A stretch of 64,000 nt of DNA from Pseudogymnoascus verrucosus (Eukaryota). The position numbers and the translations under genes were made by a program. The stretch lies in the NCBI GenBank assembly GCA_001662655.1, contig KV460216.1; one strand, 5' to 3'. The notes under the pieces are model-generated. The model made no database searches, was not told the origin of the DNA, and saw nothing but the letters and a program-made list of their open reading frames with translations. Within the stretch, counting starts at the first letter, position 1; every line of letters starts with the position of its first letter. Shown here piece by piece: positions 11,993-26,325 of the stretch.

Positions 11993-12959
11993 ATGCGATT
12001 CCTCCATCTCCTGCCGTCGCTGCTGCTAGCCGGCACGGCTCTCGCGGCTGAGAAACCCTGGTCTTTCAAGGACGCGACTGTCTCTGTGGTTGGGAAGGGT
12101 AGTCAGGGTACCTCTAAGGAATCGTACGTCTACCTCTCCAAGAGCTCCAATTCCCCCAATTCATCCCCCCCAACACCCCAATCCTCCCCCCTCAATCTCT
12201 CCCGATACACCCAAAACAGCAAAACTAACACACCCAACCAGCCTCTCCCCCTCCAAGCCCCTCGCCAAACCCCTCGCCCTCGGCCCAGCAGGAACCCTCA
12301 AGCTCTCCCTAACCACCACCTCCACCACGCCCTCCCGCCCCCACCAAGCCTTCCTCACCCTCACCGACCCCACCACCGGCCTCTCCACCTCCTTCGCCCT
12401 CCAAACCCGCACCACCGGCTCCGCAACGCTCGAGCTCCCCTACGCCTCCCTCCCCTCCGCACTCCTCTCCTCGCCCTCCCTCTCCGCCTCCCTCGTACTC
12501 GGTTCTTTCGGCTCTGCTCCGGCGTCCGAGACTCAACTCTTCAACATCGCACTCAGCGCCGACGAGACTCTCGCGCAGGAAATCGAGAAGCCAGTCCGCT
12601 ACGGGAAGTTGGGCGAGATCCACCATATTTTCGCCCCCGAGCAGAGTAGCCCACCCAGGGTGATAAGTGTCTTCTTCGCCCTCGCGGTACTTGCTACGCT
12701 CCCCGTGGTGGTGGGTGCGTGGGCGCTAGCGGGCGGGAATGCGGGACATGTTGGTACAGCGCTTGCTGCGGCGCCGGTGAGCCATGGGTTGTTTTTTGGG
12801 AGTCTGGTGGCGATGGAGGGGGTGTTTGCTATGTATTATTTTAGTTGGAGGTTGTTTGAGGTGCTGCCGCTTGCCGGGGTGGTGGGGGCGGTGGCGTTTG
12901 TGAGTGGGAGTAAGGCGTTGAGTGAGGTGCAGGCGAGGAGGGTGAGGGGGGAGAGGTGA
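11993..12959 (+). CDS. SWP1: Oligosaccharyltransferase delta subunit (ribophorin II / Swp1)
   Basis: Signal peptide, RPHQAFLTL, RYGKLGEIHHIF, three C-terminal TM helices, GSKALSEVQARR; intron ~12124-12241. Confidence 0.92.
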
Positions 12960-13132
12960 AGTGGGGGGGAGGGGTGTAAAGATATAGATTGATGGGGGTG
13001 ACGAGGGGAGTTGAAAATGGGGATATGAGAAAGGGAAGAGATAGATGGGGAGGTCGGTTGGGGGATAGATAGGCTGTATTGCTATGTTTATACTAGGCAC
13101 GCATGATATCACGTTTGCTTTGATGGATGGTT

Positions 13133-13202
13133 ACGTTGCTGGTGAACCTGCTCTGATCATACATACAACGTTGCTGGTGAGCCTGCTCTGGTCGTACATG
13201 CG
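13133..13202. repeat. 35-bp tandem duplication between the convergent SWP1 and LYS12 3' ends
   Basis: ACGTTGCTGGTGAACCTGCTCTGATCATACATACA followed by ACGTTGCTGGTGAGCCTGCTCTGGTCGTACATGCG. Confidence 0.85.
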
Positions 13203-13323
13203 ACTACTGAACCATAGACTTCAATCACAGCGATTTACGAAATAGAAATCCAGCACAAGTACAATAGTTGCTACAGAGCTTTTATCTACCTGGTATACCC
13301 TAAACAGACACTCTCATCTACAC

Positions 13324-14456
<1,133 letters not shown>

Positions 14457-14635
14457 TGTGAGGGTTTGATGGAGGTAGAGCTGTTTTGAAGCTGCGATGT
14501 CGGGGAGAGGGAAGAAATGTTATGTTGCGTAGCTATGAAGTACTATGGGAGCGGGTAATAGATATTCCGGATGAGGCCATCGGGTGTGTGTCGGCTGTTG
14601 AGTACATCCGTGTTTGTACTTTTTGTTAGACAACG

Positions 14636-14751
14636 CGCAATCACGTGATTGTTTCGCCTGGAATCCCGTACTGTTCCGCTAAGTCTGCTGGTCTACTCTG
14701 ACTACACGCAATCACGTGACTGTTTCGTCTGAAATCCCGCACAGTTCCGCT
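14636..14751. promoter_or_regulatory. Two ~45-bp direct repeats, each with a CACGTG E-box, in the divergent LYS12 promoter
   Basis: CGCAATCACGTGATTGTTTCGCCTGGAATCCCGTACTGTTCCGCT (14636-14680) and CGCAATCACGTGACTGTTTCGTCTGAAATCCCGCACAGTTCCGCT (14707-14751). Confidence 0.55.
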
Positions 14752-15445
14752 GTTCGACTGGCTGTAGACCCCTACTATGCAAACTACATGTCTAATACGG
14801 CAGACCAGAGATACCACTTCCGCATTTATTTACTCCCTGAGAAACCCCACAGACCCCTATTCCCTTGCTCCAGACACCACCAGACAAGTACCCCTCACAG
14901 CCATTTTGTATGCTAAAGGTACTTGCTCCCCTACTATTTACCCTCCCATATTCGAGACACCAGCCGTCTCGAAAGACACAATAGAAGCCACATGCTCCCA
15001 ACTTTCCCATACTAATTTACTCATTTACTCTTATAATTTCAGTTCTAATGCTTCATATCTATTCTATATAATATCTGTCTTCTATATATTTTATCTACGC
15101 TGTTGCTCAAATATCCTGTTACTTCTGCGCATCTACCCGCCCGCATACTCCTCTCCCTCGCGTCCTGCGCGTCATACACTGTTTGCTCGAGCTCCCGTTT
15201 GCGACGAATCAGCCGCCGAGGACCAGCCTAAGGAGAGTAGCCAGGGGATATTGCCCGCCATTTCAATACCACCACCACCAACTCCTCCAACCATTATATT
15301 TACCCAGAGAAGGAAGAAAGATATATAAACCGCATGAGAAGAAACTACACCAGTCTCAGCGTCATCGATCATCTGTGGTCTCTCTCTACCATAATTCCCT
15401 TATCCAGAGAGCTCTCTTCGCTGGGCCGTTCCTACATACGCCGCT

Positions 15446-18020
15446 ATGTCTAGCCAGGGGCGATCCGCCAGCAGCGGTGTCCGCAATCTCCGTGCTATGT
15501 TCGAGAACAAAGACGACTCAACAACATCGCCACCACAACACAGAGGCCGTTCTCCAGCGCCATCAATTGGTATGTGAATACCTTTGTCTGTCTGATTCAG
15601 ATGCTGGGGTCGCCGCTCACAAAGAGCTTCCTTGTCCCGTTCCTGTTGCTACCCCTGCTTCAGCTCTTCACATACCCTGCAACAGCTCCCCCCTCGCGTT
15701 CCTCAACAGCCCAAGCTCAAGCTTCAACCTCGAAGCTGCTCTACAACTTTAATAAAATTCAACTGACACGGGGTAAGCAGGAAATAACAGTGCATCGCCA
15801 CGACCGCTCTCGAAAGTACGAACGAGCTTTGTCGCAGTCGAGCGAAACGGACAAACAGGCATACAGTGGGGCTTAAGGAAAGAAACAACAACAATCGTCC
15901 CACCCGAAGATTCCACCATGTCACACCGACGAGGAAGCTTCGCCGAGAACGAAGCCACCGACCCCGACGTGGTAATTGAGAGGAAGAAGTCCATCCAGGC
16001 GGAATTCAAGGCACGCAAGAACAGCATCGACGTCTCCGAGACCATCCCCGAGTTCGCCCTCGAGATGCCATCCGCTGCAGGGAGCAAGCAGGGGACTCCG
16101 ACCATTGAACCGAAGGATCCTATACTACCTGCTGCGCATACCCCGACGGGGAACCCAGATAAGCCATCGGCGGTGGAAGAGCGTAATGCAAAGCTCCTCC
16201 CAGCCGATGTGAAGAGCGCAGCTGTAGTTTCTGGTGGCAAAGCTCTGAAGGGTGCCTCGGGAGTAGGAGAGGACCTCAAGGGCGTCACAACTGGCAAGCT
16301 GAAGACCACCTCCTCAGCCAAGCCAAGCGACAAGGCAAGCAAGTCCTCCAAACCCGCTCCAATCTCGACAACCAAAACCTCCACCCTGTCGAAATCAAGC
16401 AAATCGCCCGCCCTCCCAAAAACCCCCCTCTCCAGCACCTCCACCAAGTCAAGCACCAGGACCACCAAACCCGCGACCGAAAAACCCACCGCCAGGCCCT
16501 CCACAACAACCACAACAACCACCAAGCCCACCGCAGCGCCAACAACCCGCACCACCAACCCAGCCACCAAAAAACCCGCCCTCCCATCCTCAACAGGTTT
16601 CATCAAGCCGCGCCCAAAATCCCCCACCAAACCCGCTAAACTACCCTCCTCCCTCACCGCCCCAACCTCCTCTTCCCTCTCCAAACTGACCGACGACGCG
16701 CGCCGCACCAGCGCCGGGTCGACGCGCTCACCCAGCCGTGTCAGCGCGAGTCAGAAGTCGGAACAGTCCCGCAAGGCACCGAGTAGTAGTAGACCATCCC
16801 TTGGCCCGCCACCAGCTGCGGCGGGGGGGTTGAAGAAACAGGCGTCGAGACAGAGTTTACCGAAGGCGGTGGCGCCGGCGGATGAGGGGTTTTTGGCGAG
16901 GATGATGAGGCCTACGACTGCGTCGGCGGGGAAGACGCATGATAAAGCTGGGACGCCGCCTAAGCCTAAGGTGGTGGGGGCGGGGGGGGAGAGGCCGGCG
17001 ACGAGGAATGGACAGAATGCCAGGGGGGGGAGTAATGGGAGTCCGGTGGCTGTTGTGAGGCCGCCTGTGCCAATGGTGGGGGCGGTGCCGACGTTGAAGG
17101 CTTTGGGTGCGAAGGCTACGGCGGGGAAAGGGGGAAAGAAGGCGGAGGTGCCGGTAGCGAAGAAGGAGGTTTCTGCTCCGGTTGTTGCGAAGGCTGTGGA
17201 GCCAGTAGCTGCACCTGTTGTCGAGGAGAAGATCGAAGAGCCGACTGTCGAGGCTGTGAGTGTGCCAGAGCCCGCTGCTCCTGTTGTTCAAGAGCAAGTT
17301 TTGGAACCTGCAGTAGTTGAGGAAGCTGTTGTGGAAGAAGAGGTTGCTGCACCTGTCACTACCGCTGGGGAGACCGCACCAGCAGAGAAGGAGGTTGAGA
17401 TCGATGAGCCTGCCCCGGCTGTCGATATCGAGGAGGTGGAGGAGGTTGCTGTTGAAGCCGCGGCCCCTGTTGAAGAATCCACCGAGGAGACCACCGAGGA
17501 AGCGACCGAAGAGGCGACCGAGGAACCTGCATCTGAAATCCCAACTGAGGATGAACCAGTTATCACAGACAAAGTCGACATCGAAGCTGTTATCGAGAAC
17601 ACCGGGGAGGCTGCTGTGACTGATAAGGTCGACGTCGTTGCTGTTGTCGAAGAGACTGGGAAGGAGGATGAGGCTACGGAGGCTGAGGTGGGGGGTGAAG
17701 AGGTCCCTGTTGTCGTCGAAACTGAAACTGAGACTGTTGCTGTTGCTGAGGAGACCCCAGCTGCTACTGTTGGTGAAGCGGAAACAGAGGCTGCTGAGGC
17801 TGCTGAAGTTGAGGTGGAGGATGTCGCCGAGCCCACCGCCTCCACCACCGCGGTTGCCGAGACTGCCGAGGAAGAGACCGCCGCTGTCGCTGCTGAAGAA
17901 AAGACACCCGCTACGGGAGATAAGACCGAGAAGCCGGAGGTGGAAGAAGTCGAACTCGCAGATGCGTCTAGTGATGTTACGACGCCGGCTGCGAGTGTGA
18001 CGCCGGTGGTTGCTTTATAA
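15446..18020 (+). CDS. Low-complexity fungal protein: basic S/T/K/P-rich middle and E/V/A-rich acidic tail
   Basis: Exon 1 MSSQGRSASSGVRNLRAMFENK, intron 15570-15780, then PRPLSKVRTSFVAVE, TGFIKPRPKSPTKPAKLPSSLTAPT and DEGFLARMMRPT, in frame with the 700-aa ORF. Confidence 0.85.
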
Positions 18021-19147
18021 CACCGCCCTTCGTTCTTGGTACGGGATGGGTGGGTGGGTGATGGTTTTAAGAGTGTGAGAGTACTGGGGTGAAGAGGGGA
18101 GGGGGGGAAAGGGGGAGAAGGGGAGGGGTGGAGAGGTGTGTGTAAGTTTAGTAGTTATATAAAGGGATTGGAATCCAGCGATGGTTTTTTGGGTGAGCGA
18201 GCTAGGGTGGGCGAGCCGTGGGCGAGCGCGGGTGAAGTGGAGTGAAGGGGAGTGACGGGGTAAGGGGGGGTTAGAGGAGTGAGAGGAAGGGGGAGATTGG
18301 ATAGAAAAACAACAGAGAGAAAGGCAGAAAGAGAGAGAGAAAGAAATTAAGATAAATTATAGTATTTTTAAGCGGTTAATAATAGAGTTTTCACTTCTCC
18401 TCATTGAATCTGGCTCATCTGGGAGTCGGGCTGTGGGTGTGGCTGTGGTTGTTTGATTGGGGGAGGGGGGGTGAGGGGATGGTGAGGGGATGGATGAGTA
18501 TTGTGGGGGGGGGGGGAGGGGGTTGAAGGTGGGTTTGGGGATTGGAGTGGCTGAGTGGGTATTGATTGTGTTGGTGAGGGTTGTGGGGTCGGAGATGGGG
18601 GGGTTCGGGGGTTGGGGATTTGGATTGTGGTGTATCTGTGGTGTTGCTGGTAGAGTAAGAGTCATGGGGAGTTTGGGTTTGGGAGGGGGCTGTTGATTGG
18701 GGTTGTTGGAATTTTGAAGTTGGGGTTTGGGATTGGAGTGACTGAGTGGCTATCGTGTGTCTGCCGGTTTTTGAAGTTGGGTTTCTACATGATAGTGATC
18801 ATCTATCTATTGCACGTCTGGTGTTTCTTGAAGTTGGATATATGTATCATGGTGACTGTCTACAGGAAATCTGTGTTATTAAACCTGAGATAGCTCGTCG
18901 TGTTTGGGGGTTACTCGGAAAGAGAGGCATCGCCGCCAGAACAGCTTATTCATACCTTGTAACCAGTTTCTTATACAAAAACGAATCACCGGATCTATTG
19001 CCTGAAACTTTTATAATAACCACTTATCATTCCTATGCGTTACTACGGAACTAACTCTACCTATCTTACACCCAGCCCCCCACCATTCCCACCCCCACCA
19101 CAGCAACTACACCCCCCCTATCGTACAAACAGTCACCCACACCCACA

Positions 19148-22100
19148 TTACACCACATAACCCTCCTCCTCATCATCCTCCTCCACCGCCGCCACCCTCG
19201 GCCCCCTCACCAACCCCAATGTCCCCCTATCCCCCCTCGTCTCCCTCTCCCTCCTCTCAATCTCCCTCTCCCTCGCCCTCAACTCCTCCAGCTCCCTCCT
19301 CTCAATCTCCCTATCCCTTTCCATCTCCTCCTCAATCTCCCGCTCCTCCCGCTCCTCCCTCTCCTCTCTCTCCCTCCTCTCCCTCGCCTCTCTCACCTCG
19401 CGCAGCCCAGCAGGGGCTACCATCCCCTCCCCCGCGCCCCAACGGACGTTGGCCAAGCTGCCTCGGCCGTCTTTCCTGCCCCCATTGGGGCCAAATATGC
19501 TCCCGGCGGCGGCGGCGCGACGGCCGAAACTCCGAGAGAAGCTATAGCCACCACTTGGGGTGGCGCTCTGACGTCCCGAAGCCGCGCTCTGGCGCCCGGA
19601 AGCTGCGCTATCGCGCCCAGAAGTGGTACTCTCGCGGCCGTCGGTGGTGCTCTGGCGCCCAGAAGCAGCGCTCTCACGTCCCGTGGTAGTGCTCTGACGT
19701 CCACCGGTACTCTCATTCGTGTTCGTCGCGATGGTGGCCGAGGAACCGTTGAAAAGAAGAGAGAGGTTTGAGGACATGGTGTCGATTTCGTCGGCGTTGA
19801 GGAGCTTGGACGTTTTGCGGCGGAGGCTGTTGAAGAAACCGCGTGAGCGGGCGCGGGGTTCTGGAGTTGGAGCAGGGGCGGCGGGAACGGGGAGCTCGTT
19901 AGTTGGCTCATTGGTGAGATCGTTTGATAGATCGTTTGATAGATCGTTTGACAGATCGTTTGGCAGGTCGTCTGTGAGTTCCTCGGGTTGCTCTTTGGGC
20001 AACTCATCTGGGAGCTCTGTGGCGCTGTTGTTTATCGTTGAACTTCGGCGACGCAGGCGCAGGGGGTTGAAAGAAAAGCTTCGCATGCTGCACAAAGGCG
20101 GGTGCGGCGCACTCTCAACTTCCGCATCTGGCTGTGCCTCTCCTTTGTTGCGCTTCCAGAAACCGCCAGCGCGGCTACTGGGCCCGATGGTGCCTTTGTC
20201 GGCTGGGGTGTCGGCGGCGGAATCACTGAAGAGATGATTGATCTTGTTCGACATCTCCTCAACCTCTTCTGCGCCTTTGAGCCCTTCTTTCTTGCGGTGG
20301 AAAAGACGGGACATGCTGCGCTTCTCTTTCAGATTTGGAGGCGGGGCGAGCCCGGAGTCATCGGGAGCTTCGCGTCCATAGAAATTGGATGGGAAACTTT
20401 TCGCCGCACGCAGCGTTGGCGTCTTGGAGGGCTTGTCATCGGCGTCATTCTTTGCTTTGCGTTTTCCCCAGAAACTGTCAGATCGGCTACGTTGTTTTTT
20501 GGGCTCCTTTGGCTTTTTGGGCTCCCTTGGTACTGGTTCCACACCGTAATTGAACAACGAATCAAGACTCTGCATCCCCCGACTGTGCTTTCTCTCTTCA
20601 TCTTGTCTTTGTTTCCTGAAACTATCACTTCGGGCACGTCTAGCCTCCTGTTGAGCGTCTGTTTCCTCGGGGACATCAAAGCGCAATGTTTTCCTTGAAG
20701 AAGACGTGGGGATCTGGTGAAGTTGGCCCTCATCACAAAATCGAATAGCACGCCTCGAGGAGGAGGTGGGAATTTCATGCAATTCGTCCTCATTGGCAAA
20801 ACGTAAGGTGCGTCGTGATGATACGGTGGCGATCCGATGCAATTGGTTTCCTATCTCAGGCACTGGAGGAGGTGGCCTTGTTGGTGGCAAGGTGGCGATC
20901 TGATGCAATTGGTTTCCTATCTCAGGCACTGGAGGAGGCGGTCTCGTTGGCGCTGGGGGCATCGTGAAGTTTGGAAGTGGCCAATCAAGTACCACACTGC
21001 CCTCGGTATTCGATCTCGATCTCGTACCATCAGTATCATATGTAGAACTTGTATAAACTGTATGGAGTTCCAGTTCAGAGTGGTTCGATTGTTCATCCAT
21101 ATGGTCCCAAGGCTCATCGGCGTGGCTGAGATTCTCGCTGCGGATACGTGCCATTGTTGGAGTGTCAGATCCATCATCGGGAATATAAAGAGTTGACGAA
21201 GAATCAACCTCTTGCTCATGGATGGGAGCGAGCTGTGCAGGAATTGTAGGATCTGAAAACGCCATGTCGAGAGTTGATTCTGAAGCGTTGGTATAGAAAG
21301 TAGAATTGGTTGAAGAATTATGCTGCGCTAGATGCGAGAGACCGTGGCGTTCTTGTCCAAGGTTCCAGTGCCCGTTCATCTGAATTTGGTTCTGAGCAGT
21401 TGCTGATATTCGTTGCTCAGGAAAATTAAACAATCCATTCACTGGTGAGGAGGCCGCATTGATTTCTTGAAGTTGATCGTCGACCTCGGGTATGGTCGCC
21501 ATCCTTACGGGTATGACGGGAGTTCTCGATACAAACCTCTTGAGGCCCTTGAATAGTGTAGGGATTGATCTGTGCGTCGACTCGACGACAATAGGTGGAC
21601 GGCGGTCCTTGGGTAATCCACGAGTTGCCGTGGATACTCCAAACAAATCACCGAACCTTTTTGACACCGAATCAATCGCCCAGATCTCGATGATTTCGTC
21701 GCACGGGTCGGGGAAGTCAGGCTCCTCCAGCTTTTGTTCGATGTGTCGTTCTATGTCATACATCCGCATCAAGGAGTATTTGTTGTTGGGATGGCGCTGA
21801 AGAATGGGAAGCTGGATTCCTAAGCCAACGCCTTCTGGGTCATCCTCGTCCTCTGAAGCTGTATCCGACTCATCGTCTTCATCCGAGTCATAGAAGTCTG
21901 GAAATAGCACTCTATAGTCAAATGGAGGGCTGGTTTCAGGGTCTGTCTTGCGAGTCCTGGAAAAGGTTATCCTGCTAAGAGCTCTTTTGAAAAACGCCTT
22001 GCTTGCAGTAAGCCTGCTTATACGTGGCTTTTCGACAGACTCCTCTTCTTTGGGATTGACAAACTTTACGACAGTGCCCAGGTAATCGCCATCAGTCGTA

Positions 22101-23769
22101 GTTATGCTATGATGAATTTCGGGGTAATCGCGAGGCCAAGGAGGGACTTTTGGGGTGATCAGACGTGTGGGCCCGTTGCCAACCGAACCAATTTGTCTTA
22201 GGATATGTTTGGTATATGGCTTTCCAAAGCCAGAGAGGCGGAGATGGTAGACCGGTATGCCTTTTTTCCCAAGACGTCGCGGCAGGAAGTCCAGAACTGT
22301 TGTTGTGTACGAGGAACAGTATTTGATAGGAACATCTGCGGATGGTTAGTATGTGCCTTGGGAATAAATGAACAATGACATACGTTTGTAATGCGTATCC
22401 TTTTTCGGCTCATCTTTTTCCGACTCATCGCTATGCGACTCATCTGAATTGGATGTTTCCTTTTCATGCAATAGATCAACCATAACACTACTGTTTAGCG
22501 AAGTTCTAGCTTCAGAAGTCGCATCTTCAGAGACATCTTCAGAGGAATCTTCAGAGGCATCTTGGGCCCCATCTTCGGGAGTGCCATCTTCGGGAGTGCT
22601 ATCTTCAGCAGTACCATCTTCAGGAGTACCATCTTCAGGAGATCTATCTTTAGGAGGCTCAGCTACAGAAGGTCAGTAATAGGTCTTGGAAAATGAAACA
22701 ATAACATACTATTATCAGGAATATTTTCCTCCGGAATATATCTCTGCGAGGGTGATCGGTAACCTTTGTATCTCCGGCACATAAAATGCAGACTCCGGAT
22801 TGTTCCGCTCCTATTCGAGAGGGATTTTACTAGCGATTTCACAAACCACTGCATGCGTTTTCCGCCATGTCTGAGTGCAAACTTCTCATTTCTGTAGCAC
22901 CCCCCTAGGCGTGTCAAGTCAACTTCCACAGTCAAGAACTGCATCTTGTTTGCAAATAGTGGTAGCCATTTGTTCATGAGCGGCGCAACCATTGGAGAGC
23001 AGAAGTAGTCGATAGTAACATGAAAGTGGAATTGTGAACAATAATATGTCATGATTTCGTGCCGGAGTTGGAAACACGACAAACTTAGGCCGCCAATAAT
23101 ATCGAATACAGTCCGAGGCTCCATGAAGAGCTTTTTTGGCCAAAACCCATCTATCGTACGGTCTGGCGATAGAATAATCATCTTGTTCTTTGCTCGTACT
23201 GGCCCAGTCACAAACTGGTAGATTCGGAAGCGAACATTGACTGGAAGACCCAGAAGGTGTGGATCTCCAAATCCAGGCACTCTAGCTCTTTCGCGGTACC
23301 GAAGACCTTTGGGCAAATTGGGCAAGCTTGTCTTGAAAGCATCCAACGCGTCTCCATTATCGTAATAACCAATCTCATAATCGACCAGGTGGTGGTAAGG
23401 AGGAATATGTTGCCTCTCCGGGGGGATTTGAATTGGAACTGGGACGGGGACTAGGGCAGTTGTGACCTTCGGATCTTTGTTCCGGATGAATGGTAACTTC
23501 AGACTCTTGAATATCGAAGGGCGTGGAAAAGCAGACTTCGCTTTGCTGAGTGAAGGATCGGGAACCTTGTTGCGTATAAATGGGGACTTGAACCTCGGAA
23601 AGAAAGGAATGGAAATCTTGTGGCCGAAAAACGAAGACTTCAGATTTACAAGGGAAGTTTTGCGCTCAGGAAATTTTGACTTTGTATCTCCTACTGGAGG
23701 ATCAGGCGGCTTGCTTCCGACGAACGGGGATCTCAGACCCTCTAGCAACGGAGTGAGGATGTACCTCAT
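19148..23769 (-). CDS. Large (~1500 aa) protein: F-box-like/globular N-terminal region and long disordered repeat-rich C-terminus
   Basis: The ORFs 22663-23769 and 19148-21910 join through two short introns (22709-22663 and near 22380-22335). Contains LLGLPVNVRFRIYQFV..LSLSCFQLRHEI and repeats PEDGT, PPTRPPPPVPEIGNQLH x2, SSRRxLRF x3, DLSN and ERE. Confidence 0.7.
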
Positions 23770-23859
23770 CTGTGAAAGGACATTAGCAATCTGGTTTTGG
23801 CTGCTAACACATACGCAGAGGTGGGTAGAGTAGCTAGCTACCTTGTCGTTGCTAAAAAG

Positions 23860-24155
23860 GACCGGTCTGTAGATTCAATAGAATGAAAGACGCTCATCGA
23901 ATGGTTTAATATGTAGATTCGACCGAGTGAAAGCCGCCCAGAGAAATGGTTAATCTGTAATAGAGTGACAGACGTTTGGAGAAATGATTTATCTGAGGAT
24001 TGGATAGAGTGAAAGGTGTTTCTTGAGAGGATTGGTCTGTAGATTTGATCGAGTGAAAGAAGTTTCTTGAGAGGATTGGCCTGTAGATTTGACAGAGTGA
24101 AAGACGTAGACGTTTATAAAAGGGATTGGCCTGTAGATTGAATGGAGTGAAGGAG
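23860..24155. repeat. Degenerate ~44-bp minisatellite, about 7 copies
   Basis: Recurring core CTGTAGATTnnnnGAGTGAAAG..GAGGATTGG at ~44-bp spacing (e.g. 23868, 23912, 24038, 24082, 24132). Confidence 0.8.
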
Positions 24156-25102
24156 ACTCGACGGCCAAGGGGCCGTCGAGTAGAAGCACGCAGATGAGGT
24201 TATGAGTTTGACGATGACAAAGAATTCAAAACATAGATTTTAGTTGCCCTTGACGATTGGCGTTTTTGTTTGGCGTGGGCCCAGGGTGAGTGCCAAATTG
24301 TTCGCTACGTGCTATTCTGTTCGCCATGTGCCATTTGTCCGCTCCCCCCAGCGAATTGTTCCAGGAGAGCAACTCTATATCTGTAGAGATAAAGCGAATA
24401 TGGCTTTGTGATTCAGAAAGAGCATATAACAATTACTCACCTACCACAAATAACGCATTGAATTGATATTCTCATATACTTCGTTTGGTCCCTAGTGTGA
24501 GAATATCAGCTCATACGGGGAGCGCGGCACTCCTGTCATTTCAAAGTAGTGACTTTGACCCATTAAATAACTGGCCTGCATACTAGTCATCGTATTCATA
24601 TCACCGATACCATTTTATCAATTTGAACCTCTTTCTCAACTTGTGGAACAGACGAGAACAATGACAGCCCAGAGAAAGAAAATGAAATATCCCAACAGTA
24701 ATAGGCACCGGGCATTATGAAAACAGACACATTGAAACATGCAAGAGATATTCAGGAGTCTACCAAAAACAAATCCAAGGGCTATGGACACCTACGAAGT
24801 ATGGGCTAACCATTATAATATAGAACTATATGAGCATGATCGTTGTCGTCAATTCAACATTAAGCGCCAAGCGCGATCCGGCAGCGTCTATGGCGGGGTA
24901 ATTTTGGCGCTAAAAAATCATCGCAAGATCGGTATTTCCCGCACCGTCATTCTGCCCAATTTCGCACCCCTCTACCGTGGAGACAATATCAATTTTATAC
25001 CCTTTGGACATACTTGGAGGGTTGAATATTACTAGGTTTCGCCGATTTTATTTCGTTTTACACCAACATTGTTTGTAAATAGATTACGAAAGCACACCAA
25101 CG

Positions 25103-25815
25103 ATGTCGGGGCCACCTGCAAAGTTCAACGCCGAAGAGGCCGATAACTTGGAGGATGTATGTTTTTGTCCCCCTCAAAGCTTGCAGTTTGGCTTATATTT
25201 GGGTAGATTGAGAAGCAGTTTGCGGTGAAAGGTACATTCTATCCCTTTGGGCTCGTTTTCGCCGCTGACTTGAGTGCAAACAGCTGTGCAACACATGTCG
25301 ACTTACTGGGCAATCCTCGAGAAAGTCAAGGGATCCTCCCTCAAACTGACAAAGATGGACGATGATATCTACGAGCATCTAAAGAAAGACCTTCCAGACT
25401 TCGATCCCGCAGTTACCATCAACGAGGATGAGATGAAGAGCAAACTAGGCAAGGAGAAGTGGCGCAACTTCATGATGTTTTACGACAAGAAGATTGACGA
25501 CTACAACTTCGGAACGATGCTGAGGATCAGCCCGACAGAGGAATATACACAGGACGGTACCATTTTTGGTGAGAATTGCTCGTGAGACGCTCGTAGTAGT
25601 GTTACTAACCCCGAAATAGTGCCAAGAATGCAGTTTTACGCTGTTGAAATCGCAAGGTAAGACCACAACCATCTATTTGCCCTTATATACTTGCGCGACC
25701 TATCCTTAATTCTATTTGGAGCTGAGTATGCTGATCATAGCGCAGAAACCGCAACGGACTGAATGACTGGATTTATGAGAAGGCACAGAACGAGAAGGCT
25801 GTCACAGAGGCGTAG
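25103..25815 (+). CDS. PBDC1: PBDC1 / YPL225W-like protein
   Basis: Spliced reading AEEADNLED-IEKQFAVKAVQH, LKLTKMDDDIY, EDEMKSK.GKEKWR.F, DYNFGTMLR, VPRMQFYAVEIA, NRNGLNDWIY. Confidence 0.92.
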
Positions 25816-26325
25816 ACAACACACCTTATCAAGGAAATTACGACCCAATCTATAACTTACATGTGTTTTGGTGGACCCCTGATATGATAGAATATTGAGA
25901 AATCCGACCGAAATTTGTGAGGAAAGTACGGATGTGACGTCGTCTGGAATGGTACAGTACCCTTTCAATTATTCAGGTACAACTCATAGCCCTTGCTTGA
26001 GTATATTTCTTTCATTCGTGTTACCACCACAGCACGAGCTCTCCCTTGCTTGGTAGCGATTTGATAATAGTTGATGCATCATCTGTTACCCGGCGCCATT
26101 TCTGCTTCCGGCGACCGAAATCGCCAAAATTGCGATTGATTCGGCCGCTTCGAAGAACAATAGTAAGGAACCGACAATGAAGCTATGGGGTTCATGCCGG
26201 CCAGAACCTTCACAGACTTGTCTCATACTTGGGTGGTACTACACCCACTAATTCTTTGGCCTACTTTCTTCATCATGCTTGCCGCTTTCAATCATCTGTA
26301 TATTTTTCACTGCCACTGACGGCTT

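Noticed and set aside
15749..17848. Long minus-strand ORFs (319, 146 and 186 aa)
   Set aside because: Antisense shadows of the low-complexity plus-strand gene.
18050..18860. G/T-rich ORFs and short imperfect repeats
   Set aside because: Low-complexity 3' intergenic sequence between convergent genes, with no protein-like signal.
23860..24155. CRISPR-like array
   Set aside because: Eukaryotic context, degenerate tandem units without unique spacers, and no cas genes.
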